In this document: one piece after another, positions 34,560 through 44,832 of the stretch | How positions within the stretch are numbered: the first letter of the stretch is position 1 | Layout of the letters: each line of letters begins with the position of its first letter | From: Salinivirgaceae bacterium | GTDB taxonomy: Bacteria > Bacteroidota > Bacteroidia > Bacteroidales > SZUA-534 | Length of the DNA stretch: 64,000 nucleotides | Direction: 5' to 3' | Assembly (NCBI GenBank): GCA_016284875.1 | Contig: JAEEPS010000008.1 | Location: 581-64,580, forward strand | Made by a program: the position numbers and the translations under genes | Notes under the pieces: model-generated | The model's input: the letters and a program-made list of their open reading frames with translations, nothing else | Database searches by the model: none | Told to the model about the DNA's origin: nothing

Positions 34560-36380
34560 ATGGCAATTCAGTTTGGTACAGTAGATGGTTTGGTAAATAT
34601 TTCCGAGAGTATTATTCAACTTTTTGTACACGGAATAGGTGCCTTTAATTCATTAGGTGGTCCTGTTTATGCAAAAGAAAAAAACATTGCATATGGTATT
34701 GCGTTTCAAAGGTTTGTGGAACCTGTATATTCACAAGCAAAAGAACATTTTGAAATTGAAAGTATAAACATTGCTGTATATTCACAAAATGGTAATGAGC
34801 AAAGCCCCGCGCGTGCAACTTTTTGCAGGAAAATGGGATTGTTGGAAATAAATGAGCCAGCGGGAGTTTTTCGGTTGACACCTTTAGGCTGTGCTATTTT
34901 GAATAATGACATAACAATTCAAGAATATGCCTTCATTCTACTATCAAAATTAGGCGTATTTAAAGATGGTAATTATGTAGATAATGTATTTAATGTTATC
35001 GCCACATACTATCAAACCAACACGGTGCTTTCAAATGCAAGTTTGTTAAAATATTTAAAAGAGAAAAACAATGACACTTCATTTGAGAAAACCAGAGATG
35101 ACATAATTATTAATGCATTCACATTTGCTAATCTTATAACAAAAATTGACAAAGAAACTTATATACTAACAAATACAGGTTATGCTTTAATATTTTCGGA
35201 TTTTTGCAATCATAAATCAGCATTGACACCCGCAGTACTTGATGGTGATTCTAATTATAGTAAATACATTGGTGCATTAGATTATGGTATATTTGATATC
35301 CTAAATAAGGATAATGAATATATATACACCAAAATTTTTCCCAACCTTAAAAAATACATTAAAAAAAGTGGAGTTGGCAATAAAAACGATAACAATACAA
35401 CAACCCTTCAACAAATCTTCTACGGAGCCCCAGGTACAGGCAAAAGCCACGAAGTAAAGAAACTGACAGGAGAATTGTTGGATAACGGAGAAGAACAAGA
35501 TTTGCCCAATGTGTTCCGTACAACTTTCCATCCAGATACAGATTATGCTTCTTTTGTAGGATGTTATAAACCTACCATGAAACCGACATCCAAAGAGGAA
35601 AAGACTTTGACCGGCAAAGATGAAGAGATAGTATATGAATTTGTGCCGCAAGTCTTTACAGACGCTTATGTTTACGCATATAACAATCCCTCGAAACCGG
35701 CTTATCTGGTAATCGAAGAAATCAATCGCGGTAACTGCGCACAAATTTTTGGCGACCTGATCCAACTATTGGATAGAAAGGATGGTAAATCCGAATACAA
35801 AATCAAAGCCGACAAGGACTTGGCAAAATATCTTAACGAAGCCAAAGATAAAAATGGTCAAGATATTTTGACGAATAAAGAAGGCATCAAAGACGGAAAG
35901 CTCTGTTTGCCAGCAAATCTGCATATCCTTGCCACCATGAACACCTCCGACCAGAGTCTGTTCCCCATGGACAGCGCTTTCAAGCGCCGTTGGGAATGGG
36001 AATATGTGCCCATCAATTATGATACAAACATCAATTCTGGCGATTTTGAAATCACCATCGGCGACAAATCTTATTCGTGGGTTGACTTCATCAAGCAAGT
36101 GAACAAGAAGATTTTCGACCTTACCCAAAGCGAAGACAAGCAAATGGGTAACTTCTTCATCAAACATTCCATTGATGAAGTAGGTTTCAAGAGCAAAGTG
36201 ATGTTCTATCTCTGGTACGAAGTACTGCGCGATGAGACGGAAAACAACAAGTATTTCTTTTACGGGGAAACAACCGATGATGGCAAATTGAGCAAATTCA
36301 CTTTCAAAGACCTGTACGGAGACCAAGCGACAGATACATTGCAGCAATTTATGGAATACCTGAAGGTTACTCCTAAATGA
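34560..36380 (+). CDS. McrB-like AAA+ GTPase (LlaJI R1-like) with an unassigned ~280-aa N-terminal domain
   Basis: Walker A FYGAPGTGKSH (nt 35424-35447), the McrB signature LVIEEINRGNCAQIFGDLIQLLDR, and ATMNTSDQSLFPMDSAFKRRWEWEY. Confidence 0.85.
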   Translation: MAIQFGTVDGLVNISESIIQLFVHGIGAFNSLGGPVYAKEKNIAYGIAFQRFVEPVYSQAKEHFEIESINIAVYSQNGNEQSPARATFCRKMGLLEINEPAGVFRLTPLGCAILNNDITIQEYAFILLSKLGVFKDGNYVDNVFNVIATYYQTNTVLSNASLLKYLKEKNNDTSFEKTRDDIIINAFTFANLITKIDKETYILTNTGYALIFSDFCNHKSALTPAVLDGDSNYSKYIGALDYGIFDILNKDNEYIYTKIFPNLKKYIKKSGVGNKNDNNTTTLQQIFYGAPGTGKSHEVKKLTGELLDNGEEQDLPNVFRTTFHPDTDYASFVGCYKPTMKPTSKEEKTLTGKDEEIVYEFVPQVFTDAYVYAYNNPSKPAYLVIEEINRGNCAQIFGDLIQLLDRKDGKSEYKIKADKDLAKYLNEAKDKNGQDILTNKEGIKDGKLCLPANLHILATMNTSDQSLFPMDSAFKRRWEWEYVPINYDTNINSGDFEITIGDKSYSWVDFIKQVNKKIFDLTQSEDKQMGNFFIKHSIDEVGFKSKVMFYLWYEVLRDETENNKYFFYGETTDDGKLSKFTFKDLYGDQATDTLQQFMEYLKVTPK

Positions 36381-38455
36381 AAATTCTCATTGAGCAATAC
36401 GGCTACGCAAAGGACAAGTTGAGTGCCATACTCGACCCGCACTACTTCACGGAACTGCGTGACGGAAAAGCCAAGATACCTTACGTGGGTTATTTCCTGT
36501 CGCACAAGATTCCTGACATGGTATTTATCCTGCCGAAAGTGTTCATTATCGATGGTAAAGCGTTTGGAGAATACGATCCGGAAGAGATTGTCGACTTCGA
36601 GCAACTCAAGCCAGATCACAAAAAAAATGTGTTCAGTCTATCCGTATGGGTATACCGAGCCATCAAACTCTATTTCCAACGCAAAGACAAGACAGGAGAG
36701 GAAACGGAAATATTGCAGAACGTGGTTTTCCACCAAGGTCCGAGAAGCGAGACAATGATAGATATTGTGCTTTCTCTGCTGAAGTTTGACAAAGAGCACA
36801 AGAACTTGTTTGCCTATATTACCCGCCTCAAACATTCCGGACAGAACAAGATACATTGGCAGAAAACAATCTCCCGAACACAGGCACTCATCCAAAACGG
36901 AGATCCCATTTATATCCAACCTCACACCAAACAGAAAGGCATCAACTTCGACGAAGAACTGATTGTGCTGTTTTATTCGGTACTGAACTATCTGGCACAG
37001 GAATTCAAGTTCAACGTCCGTCCGGTATTCGGGTATGACTTGCTTAAACCCGAAACCATTCAATCCATGATAGGCAGCGGAAAAGGCGTTCGTTTACTCC
37101 GTCAAAACCGTCGCGAATATTTCACGGACGAGATGGTGCTGTTGTGGAACCTGCTATTCACGTTCTTTGAGCAATCGCAATATGTCCAAAGCAAGGACAA
37201 CGACGACGAGCAGGCTATGCTTGTCCGCGAGTTCAACCTTGTATTCGAGGATATGATTGATTCACTCATCGGAGACAATGACATCCGCGGTGGATTAAAG
37301 GAACAGAAAGACGGAAAGATAATCGACCATATCTACCGCGATAATGCGCTGATAGAGGACAAGAAGCAAATCTATTTCATCGGCGACAGCAAGTATTACA
37401 AAGATGACAACGACATCGGTCCGAATTCTATCTACAAGCAATTCACATACGCCAAGAATGTCATACAATACAATATTGATTTCTTCAACAGCAACCCTCA
37501 AGAGTTTGAGTCGGAGAACTTATTATACAGAGACAACAAGACCGAGGGCTACAATATCACACCGAATTTCTTTATTCGCGGACATCTGCAAGCCGGCAAA
37601 CTGGACAATTATAGTGATGACAACTTGCAATTGGAAAAAACGAGTGACGGTAAGGAATACAGGATCTCTTATCATTTTGAGAACCGGCTCTTTGACCGCG
37701 ACACGCTTATTCTGCAAACATACAACATCAACTTTCTTTTTGTGCTTGCGTGCTATGTGCAAGGTGCAGGGGAGCATACGCAAGAACTCAGAGTTAAATT
37801 CCGAAACAATATCAAAAAAGTTCTTCAGTCGCAGTATAAGTTCTATGCTATCAAACCTAAAGTACAGGAAGAAGCGGAAGCGTTTATGCATGACAATTTC
37901 CAACAGGTGCTTGGCAAAGTGTTTGCGCCTTATGCCGCTTCCACCAACTGCATGGCAATGGCTTTGGACAAGAATGTGGATAATACCGCCACGCTTAACC
38001 TGATTGGCAAGTATTTCTACTGGCACCCAATTCCCCAAGACCATTTGGACACAGATCTCGTTTTATTGTTTAGCGAGGAGGAGAAGACTCAACTTCATGT
38101 CACAGTTCCTGCGATAGATAAAAATGCCAGATGCATCATTACGGCGCTTGTTAGAAAGAGTGATAAGAATTACGACAAGTATAATACTGGAGAAGCAGAA
38201 GATTATATCATGGAATCGGTTCCTGCGGTTAGTTTGATGAGCATCAAATATTTGATGCCTATGGTTTCGTATGACTTGCAAGGATACTATGAAGTGACCG
38301 ATATGAGGATCCATCCCAAATCCGGTGCTATGAAATTCTATTTAGGACATTTCTTCTCGTTAGGCGGAAAGCCAGTTAATATCGCCGGAAAAATGCGACA
38401 CGGAGAATTGATAAATTTTGAATACATAGAGCGGTTATATAATGAAGATAATTAG
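36377..38455 (+). CDS. LlaJI/McrC-like PD-(D/E)xK restriction endonuclease subunit with a C-terminal extension
   Basis: ATGA overlap with the McrB-like gene. Wording FEDMIDSLIG...IIDHIY...IYFIGDSKYYKD (D-x-K at aa 337-339, nt 37385-37393) fits the McrC/LlaJI type. About 250 extra C-terminal residues are unassigned. Confidence 0.7.
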   Translation: MKILIEQYGYAKDKLSAILDPHYFTELRDGKAKIPYVGYFLSHKIPDMVFILPKVFIIDGKAFGEYDPEEIVDFEQLKPDHKKNVFSLSVWVYRAIKLYFQRKDKTGEETEILQNVVFHQGPRSETMIDIVLSLLKFDKEHKNLFAYITRLKHSGQNKIHWQKTISRTQALIQNGDPIYIQPHTKQKGINFDEELIVLFYSVLNYLAQEFKFNVRPVFGYDLLKPETIQSMIGSGKGVRLLRQNRREYFTDEMVLLWNLLFTFFEQSQYVQSKDNDDEQAMLVREFNLVFEDMIDSLIGDNDIRGGLKEQKDGKIIDHIYRDNALIEDKKQIYFIGDSKYYKDDNDIGPNSIYKQFTYAKNVIQYNIDFFNSNPQEFESENLLYRDNKTEGYNITPNFFIRGHLQAGKLDNYSDDNLQLEKTSDGKEYRISYHFENRLFDRDTLILQTYNINFLFVLACYVQGAGEHTQELRVKFRNNIKKVLQSQYKFYAIKPKVQEEAEAFMHDNFQQVLGKVFAPYAASTNCMAMALDKNVDNTATLNLIGKYFYWHPIPQDHLDTDLVLLFSEEEKTQLHVTVPAIDKNARCIITALVRKSDKNYDKYNTGEAEDYIMESVPAVSLMSIKYLMPMVSYDLQGYYEVTDMRIHPKSGAMKFYLGHFFSLGGKPVNIAGKMRHGELINFEYIERLYNEDN

Positions 38456-38500
38456 CGACAATAATGGATAAAGATAATCTAATAAAGAATATACACAATT

Positions 38501-39955
38501 ATGATTACAAACGAAATCAAAACAATTATTGCCGACATACAAGCTTCTCCCAAAGAATGCGAGTGGGTGGAGATAAAGCAGAACAACTATAACCCGCAAT
38601 TAATCGGAGAATATATTTCAGCTTTATCAAATGGTGCTGCGTATATGGGTCAATCTAAGGGTTATCTTGTTTTTGGTTTAAAAGATGATACGCATGAAAT
38701 TGTCGGGACAGATTATAATCCTACAAATGAAAAAATAGGCAATCAGGAATTGGAAAACTGGATTGCCACACAATTGTCCCCACGTATTGATTTTGTAATC
38801 CATAATGACATTGTAATCAACGAAAAAAGGGTTGTCCTATTTGTCATTGATTCAGCAGGTAACACACCTGTCAAGTTTAGAGGTGTAGCATATACAAGAG
38901 TTGGTTCATACAAGAAACCATTAGCCGAGCATCCTGAAATCGAACGAAAAATATGGCAAAATACTCATAATAACTGTTTTGAGACTAAAATAGCCAAAAG
39001 CGGATTAAATGCAGATGAGGTATTAGATTTGATTGATTACGCATCTGTATTTAAATTACTGCACATTCCATTTCCAGAAACTAAAACTGCTATTTTAGAT
39101 AAATTAGCGGAGGAGAAGTTAATTCATAAACGTGCTTCATGCTATGATATCACTAACTTAGGAGCAATCCTTTTTGCTACCAATTTGCAAGTTTTTGATA
39201 TGCTTTCCCGTAAAGCAGTTCGTGTTATTTTCTATAAGGGGACCAATAAACTACATGCCATACGAGAACAAGTCGGGAATAAAGGATATGCCATCGGCTT
39301 TGAAGGTTTAGTAAATTATATCAACGAACGATTACCTATAAATGAGGAAATTGGAAAAGTATTACGAAAAGACAATCCTATCTATCCGGAAATAGCTATT
39401 CGTGAGTTTGTGGCAAATGCACTTATTCATCAAGATTTTTACATGGGCGGTATGTCTCCAATGATTGAAATATATACCAATCGGATGGAAATATCTAACC
39501 CAGGTAAGCCGCTAATTGATGTGCTTCGATTCATAGACCATACTCCTATCAGCCGAAATGAACTTCTCGCGTCTATTATGCGACGGATGAATTTCTGTGA
39601 GGAACGAGGAAGTGGTGTGGATCGAGCATTGCATCAATGCGAATTATTCCAACTTCCAGCTCCCGATTTTATAAAAGATGATTTTAGTACAAAAGTTGTC
39701 ATGTTTGCTCCTCAAACATTACGTCAGATGAATAGGGAGGATAAAATTAGAGTTTGTTATCAGCATTGTTGCTTGAAATATGTAGCAGGTGAAAAAATGA
39801 CCAACGAAAGTTTAAGAAGCCGGTTAGAAATTTCTGATGCCAATTATTCTATTGCTTCACGTATTATATCAGATACCATTTCTGCTAACTTAATACGATT
39901 GGACGACAAAAACAAATCAAGGAAGTATGCGCAATATGTACCGATATGGTCGTAA
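38501..39955 (+). CDS. AlbA_2 (Schlafen-like) + HATPase_c_4 putative DNA-binding/ATP-binding regulator
   Basis: The N-terminus ECEWVEIKQNNYNPQLIGEYISALSNGAAYMGQSKGYLVFGLKDD is the divergent AAA/AlbA_2 signature. Later, REFVANALIHQDF...ISNPG fits HATPase_c_4. Confidence 0.7.
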   Translation: MITNEIKTIIADIQASPKECEWVEIKQNNYNPQLIGEYISALSNGAAYMGQSKGYLVFGLKDDTHEIVGTDYNPTNEKIGNQELENWIATQLSPRIDFVIHNDIVINEKRVVLFVIDSAGNTPVKFRGVAYTRVGSYKKPLAEHPEIERKIWQNTHNNCFETKIAKSGLNADEVLDLIDYASVFKLLHIPFPETKTAILDKLAEEKLIHKRASCYDITNLGAILFATNLQVFDMLSRKAVRVIFYKGTNKLHAIREQVGNKGYAIGFEGLVNYINERLPINEEIGKVLRKDNPIYPEIAIREFVANALIHQDFYMGGMSPMIEIYTNRMEISNPGKPLIDVLRFIDHTPISRNELLASIMRRMNFCEERGSGVDRALHQCELFQLPAPDFIKDDFSTKVVMFAPQTLRQMNREDKIRVCYQHCCLKYVAGEKMTNESLRSRLEISDANYSIASRIISDTISANLIRLDDKNKSRKYAQYVPIWS

Positions 39956-40075
39956 TCTTATGTGACGGCAGAGTGATTAAGCAATCATTTTTGTTACTTA
40001 ACCAACTGTAAATCAGTTATATCATTATGTGACTATTATGTGATTGAGATGTAATATGTATTATTGTATACCCCT

Positions 40076-40600
40076 ATGCCCGACCCACTAACACCCGAAC
40101 AACGGCACCTTTGCATGTCGCATATCCGCAGCCGCAACACCAAGCCTGAGTTGAAGGTGCGGCAATGGCTGTGGCATCACGGCTATCACTATAGGCTCAA
40201 TGTCAAGAGTGTGCCTGGCAAGCCCGACATTGTGATGAGGCGCTTCCGCACAGCCATTTTTGTCAACGGCTGCTTCTGGCACGGGCACAGCGGTTGCGAC
40301 AAGTTTCGGATGCCAAAGAGCAACGTTAATTTCTGGCAGGCTAAAATCAGCCGCAACCGTGAGCGCGACCAGCACAACTATCAGACTTTGCTCGAAAACG
40401 GTTGGCAGGTGATTGTGGTTTGGGAATGTCAACTCACAACCGCGCTCATTGAGCAGACAATGCGCCTGGTTGAACTGCGGCTCAATCAGAATTTTCTGTC
40501 GATTTACAAGCCAAAACCCAAGCCATACGCCATGCCAATCGACGAGCCGCTGCCAATGGCGGCTGAGAGCCAGTCAGCCTATGGCAAACAAGATAAATAA
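40076..40600 (+). CDS. vsr: Very short patch repair endonuclease
   Basis: SRNTKPELKVRQWLWHHGYHYRLN...LPGKPDIVMRRFRTAIFVNGCFWHGH...FWQAKISRNRERD...GWQVIVVWECQL. Confidence 0.9.
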   Translation: MPDPLTPEQRHLCMSHIRSRNTKPELKVRQWLWHHGYHYRLNVKSVPGKPDIVMRRFRTAIFVNGCFWHGHSGCDKFRMPKSNVNFWQAKISRNRERDQHNYQTLLENGWQVIVVWECQLTTALIEQTMRLVELRLNQNFLSIYKPKPKPYAMPIDEPLPMAAESQSAYGKQDK

Positions 40601-40602
40601 AC

Positions 40603-40632
40603 AAAAAAAGCCACCCCGCAAGGTGGCTTTTT
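40603..40632. terminator. Bidirectional terminator (vsr / leuS)
   Basis: A7, GCCACC-ccgcaa-GGTGGC, T5. Confidence 0.8.
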
Positions 40633-40653
40633 CATTGTATACAAATCTGATTA

Positions 40654-43266
40654 TCAGATAACTACATTCACAATCTTGCCAGGAACAACAATCACCTTCT
40701 TCGGTGTTTTGCCGTCGAGCCATTTGGCGGCCGATTCGTGCGACAGGGCCGTCTCTTGAACTTGCTGAACGGGCGTGCCCACGGGCAGTTCAATCATAAA
40801 GCGGGTCTTGCCGTTGAACGATACGGGGTAGGTCACCACGTCTTCGGTCAGTTTCGACTCGTCCAATGCGGGCCACGGCTCGTATGCCAGCGACTCGGTG
40901 CCGCCGTACATCTGCCACAACTCTTCGGCAAGGTGCGGGGCGAACGGCGCCAGAATCTTGGCAAAATCGCGGGCCACGCCAACCGAGACCTTCTTGGCCT
41001 TGTAGCAGGCGTTGGTGAATATCATCATTTGTGAGATTGCGGTGTTAAAGCGCAGATTCTCAATATCATCGGCAACCTTCTTGATTGTCTTGTGCAACTC
41101 TTTTACAACGGCGCTGTCGTCGGCCAGGCCATCAACCACGTTCTCTTTCTCGCTGAAGAAGCGGAACACGCGCGCCAGGAAGTTGAACACGCCCTTCACA
41201 CCGCTTTCGGCCCACGGCTTCACGGCGTCGAGCGGACCCATAAACATCTCGTAAAGGCGTAGACTGTCAGCACCATAGTGGGCAATCACATCGTCGGGGT
41301 TGACAACGTTTTTGAGCGATTTCGACATCTTGGCAACAATCTGACGCAACTCAACGCCCGTCTCTTTGTGGAAGAATTTGCCGTCGCGCTCTTCAACCAT
41401 ATCCGAAGTGACCTTGGCGCCCGCCATCGTCTCGTAGGCGAAAGCCAGAATCATTCCTTGGTTGAACAGTTTCTGATAGGGCTCGTCGGTGTGGACAATG
41501 CCCAAATCGAACAGAACCTTGTGCCAGAAACGGCTGTAGAGCAAGTGAAGCACGGCGTGCTCGGCGCCGCCCACATACAAATCGACGGGCAGCCAGTAGT
41601 TTTCGGCTTCAACCGAGAATGGCGCAGAGTCGTTCTTGGGGTCGGTGTAGCGCAGATAGTACCAGCACGAGCCCGCCCATTGCGGCATTGTGTTGGTCTC
41701 GTAGCGGCCGCGGCGTCCGTTCTTGTCAACCACTGTGAGCCAGTCGGTTGCGTTGGCCAGCGGCGACTCGCCCGTGTCGCTCGGCTCGTACTTGGTGAGT
41801 TCGGGCAGCGTGTGCGGCAGGTCCTTCTCGTCAACGGTGGTCACTTCGCCGTCTTCCCAGTGGATAATGGGGAACGGCTCGCCCCAGTAGCGTTGGCGGC
41901 TGAACAGCCAGTCGCGGATTTTATAGTTGACGGTGGCTTTGCCCAGATTGCGCTCGGCCAGCCAGGCAATCATCTTGTCAATGGCGTCCTTCTTGTTCAG
42001 GCCGTCAAGGAAGCCCGAGTTGACGTGGATTCCGTCTTCGGTCCAGGCCTGCTGCTGAACATCGACTTCCGATTTCAGAACTTCGATAATCGGCAGGTTG
42101 AATTTTTTGGCGAATTCCCAGTCGCGCGTGTCGTGGGCGGGAACGGCCATAATGGCGCCCGTGCCGTAGCCCATCAGCACGTAGTCGGCAACCCAGATTG
42201 GGATGAGCGTGCCGTTGACGGGATTTTTGGCGTAGCGGCCCGTGAAGACGCCCGTTTTCTCTTTGGCCAGTTCGGTGCGGTCCAAATCGGATTTCATCGA
42301 AGCCTGACGGCGATATTCTTCAACGGCGGCGCGTTGCTCGTCGGTTGTAATTTGCTCAATCATAGGGTGCTCGGGTGCGATAACCATATAGGTTGCACCG
42401 AACAGGGTGTCGCAGCGGGTGGTGTAGACGGTGAGTTTGGCGTCGAGTCCGTCGAGCGCGAAATCGACTTCGGCGCCCGTTGAGCGGCCAATCCAGTTGC
42501 GCTGCATATCCTTCACGCCAGCGGGCCAGTCGAGAGTGTCGAGACCTTTGAGCAGGCGCTCGGCATACAAAGGAATGCGCAACATCCACTGTTTCAGATT
42601 CTTGCGATTCACTTGGCAGCCGCATTTCTCGTGCGAGCCGTCGTTCAGCACTTCTTCGTTGGCGCAGACGGTCTTGCAGTTGGGGCACCACCAAACCTGT
42701 GCGTTGTCGTAGTATGCAAGACGCTGTGAGTCAACGTATTTCTTCACTTCGGCATCGCCTTTGGCCTTAACATCGGCGGGAATGGGCAGTTCCGAAATGG
42801 GGCGGCCCTTTTGAAGGTCTTTATCGAACCAGGTGTTGTAGAGTTTAATGAAAATCCACTGTGTCCACTTGTAATATTTTGGGTCAGTGGTGTTTATCTC
42901 GCGGTCCCAGTCGTAACTCAAGCCCAGCGACTTGATTTGGCGGCGGAACGTGTCGCAGTTCTTTTTGGTGGTAATGGCGGGGTGAGTGCCCGTTTGAATG
43001 GCGTACTGCTCAGCAGGCAGGCCAAAGGCGTCCCAGCCCATCGGGTGAAGCACGTTGAAGCCGCGCATACGCTTGTATCGGCTCACAATATCGGTGGCCG
43101 TGTAGCCTTCGGGGTGGCCTACGTGCAGCCCCGCCCCCGACGGATAGGGGAACATATCGAGAGCGTAGAATTTCGGTTTCGATTTGTCCAAAACAGTTTT
43201 GAAAGTCTTATTTTTTTCCCAATAAGCCTGCCATTTCTGTTCGATTTCGGTAAAATTGTATTCCAT
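40654..43266 (-). CDS. leuS: Leucine--tRNA ligase
   Basis: HVGHPEGY (HIGH) and KMSKSLKN (KMSKS). The N-terminus is [22 protein letters not shown]. Confidence 0.95.
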   Translation of the reverse strand: MEYNFTEIEQKWQAYWEKNKTFKTVLDKSKPKFYALDMFPYPSGAGLHVGHPEGYTATDIVSRYKRMRGFNVLHPMGWDAFGLPAEQYAIQTGTHPAITTKKNCDTFRRQIKSLGLSYDWDREINTTDPKYYKWTQWIFIKLYNTWFDKDLQKGRPISELPIPADVKAKGDAEVKKYVDSQRLAYYDNAQVWWCPNCKTVCANEEVLNDGSHEKCGCQVNRKNLKQWMLRIPLYAERLLKGLDTLDWPAGVKDMQRNWIGRSTGAEVDFALDGLDAKLTVYTTRCDTLFGATYMVIAPEHPMIEQITTDEQRAAVEEYRRQASMKSDLDRTELAKEKTGVFTGRYAKNPVNGTLIPIWVADYVLMGYGTGAIMAVPAHDTRDWEFAKKFNLPIIEVLKSEVDVQQQAWTEDGIHVNSGFLDGLNKKDAIDKMIAWLAERNLGKATVNYKIRDWLFSRQRYWGEPFPIIHWEDGEVTTVDEKDLPHTLPELTKYEPSDTGESPLANATDWLTVVDKNGRRGRYETNTMPQWAGSCWYYLRYTDPKNDSAPFSVEAENYWLPVDLYVGGAEHAVLHLLYSRFWHKVLFDLGIVHTDEPYQKLFNQGMILAFAYETMAGAKVTSDMVEERDGKFFHKETGVELRQIVAKMSKSLKNVVNPDDVIAHYGADSLRLYEMFMGPLDAVKPWAESGVKGVFNFLARVFRFFSEKENVVDGLADDSAVVKELHKTIKKVADDIENLRFNTAISQMMIFTNACYKAKKVSVGVARDFAKILAPFAPHLAEELWQMYGGTESLAYEPWPALDESKLTEDVVTYPVSFNGKTRFMIELPVGTPVQQVQETALSHESAAKWLDGKTPKKVIVVPGKIVNVVI

Positions 43267-43321
43267 AAATCATTGAATTTAAGAGACGTGCAACCGCCCC
43301 GTGATTTGTTTTAATTTGTGG

Positions 43322-43329
43322 CAAAACTA
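43322..43329 (-). promoter_or_regulatory. Bacteroidetes -7 box TAgtTTTG (minus strand) upstream of leuS
   Basis: The reverse complement of CAAAACTA matches TAnnTTTG, about 56 nt upstream of the leuS ATG. Confidence 0.4.
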
Positions 43330-43528
43330 AAAAAAATCGCGAAAATTGATTGTTATTGTCCTAAATCGTGCTGATGTCAGCCAACGCTTGCCGCATTTAT
43401 AGATACAAATGCTTGTATTTGGCTTTTGGTCGATATTACCGCGCCCGCTTGTCGATTATTTTGGCCGCACATTTTCATTTCTCAAAATTCAATTGTTAAT
43501 TTGTTTCTGTAATAAAATTCTAACAACT

Positions 43529-44821
43529 ATGAACCGCTTTTCACTAATCGCTATTGGTGTGTTGTGCTTTGCCACTGTGCAGGCTCAAACCACAAAAGAG
43601 GAGATGCTTGCCAACCTGAAAAAAACGGGAGGCAACAACATGGCCTATCTGACCGAATTCAAACCGCAGACGCCGGCTCCCAAAGGCTATAAACCATTCT
43701 ATATCAGCCACTACGGACGCCATGGTTCGCGCTATCACTATTCGGGATTCGACTATGCCATTCTGCGCAACATGATGAAGGCTGCCGCCGATGCCAATGC
43801 CCTCACCGATTCCGGAAAAGACCTCTACAACCGCGTGAACAAACTCTACGACGACGGCTTCAATCGTGCCGGCGACCTGACTCAGACTGGCTTCAACCAG
43901 CATCAGGGCATCGCAGAGCGAATGGTCAACTCGTTCCCCGAGGTGTTTGCCGACAACGCCAACATTGTTGTCAAATCGTCGACCTCGCACCGCGTGCTTT
44001 GCAGCATGGACGCTTTTATGCAGAAGATGAAGGCCATGCGCCCAACACTGAACGTGACCACCGAATCGAGCAAGCGTATCATGCACTATATCAATAACGA
44101 AGAGCGCGACTCGGTTACCCGCTACCTGAACCGCACCGACGGTTTCCGCAAGGCCAACGATGCCATCGACCACGCGCTGGTTCATCCCGAAAGGCTTGTA
44201 AAACAGGTGTTTTCCGATACCAACTACGTAAAAAGCAAGGTGAATGGCCATCAGTTCATGCGCAAATTGTTTGATATTCAGTGCAACATGCAGAACATCG
44301 ATGACCTCGATTTCGATTTCAGCGATTTCTTTACCGACGATGAGATGTTCGACAACTGGCAGGTTACCAATGTTTACTGGTACGCCAACTTCAGCAACTG
44401 CCCTTACTCCAACTCACGCGGCTCGTGGTGCGCTCGCAATCTGCTCACCATCATTTTGGACGAGGCCGACGCAGCCCTTGCCGGCAATGGTGTTTCAGCC
44501 AATCTGCGTTTTGGCCACGACACAGGTCTTGCTCCGCTCGCCAGCCTGATGCAACTTGAGGGCACCACAGCGCAGGTTACCGATTTTTCGGAACTCTACA
44601 AGGTTTGGTGCGACTATAAAATCATCCCGATGGCAGGCAATCTGCAGATGATTTTCTACAAGTCGGACAAATCGAAAGATATTCTGGTAAAGATTATGCT
44701 CAACGAAAACGAGGTGAAACTGCCGCTCGAGAGCAAGACTGCACCATACTACAAGTGGGACGAGGTTGAGGCCTACTACCGCAACATTTTGAAGGAAATT
44801 CCACTGAGCGTCAAGAAATAA
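43529..44821 (+). CDS. Histidine acid phosphatase family protein (MINPP/phytase-like), secreted
   Basis: Signal peptide MNRFSLIAIGVLCFATVQAQ, the RHGxRxx motif (GRHGSRYH) and a downstream HD motif (RFGHDTG). Confidence 0.7.
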   Translation: MNRFSLIAIGVLCFATVQAQTTKEEMLANLKKTGGNNMAYLTEFKPQTPAPKGYKPFYISHYGRHGSRYHYSGFDYAILRNMMKAAADANALTDSGKDLYNRVNKLYDDGFNRAGDLTQTGFNQHQGIAERMVNSFPEVFADNANIVVKSSTSHRVLCSMDAFMQKMKAMRPTLNVTTESSKRIMHYINNEERDSVTRYLNRTDGFRKANDAIDHALVHPERLVKQVFSDTNYVKSKVNGHQFMRKLFDIQCNMQNIDDLDFDFSDFFTDDEMFDNWQVTNVYWYANFSNCPYSNSRGSWCARNLLTIILDEADAALAGNGVSANLRFGHDTGLAPLASLMQLEGTTAQVTDFSELYKVWCDYKIIPMAGNLQMIFYKSDKSKDILVKIMLNENEVKLPLESKTAPYYKWDEVEAYYRNILKEIPLSVKK

Positions 44822-44832
44822 CATAAACTAAA

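Noticed and set aside
27181-40063. Island as an integrated mobile element (ICE, prophage or transposon)
   Set aside because: I could find no integrase, recombinase, transposase, relaxase, tRNA target or convincing long terminal repeats. Only short motif recurrences are present, so I did not call a mobile_element feature.
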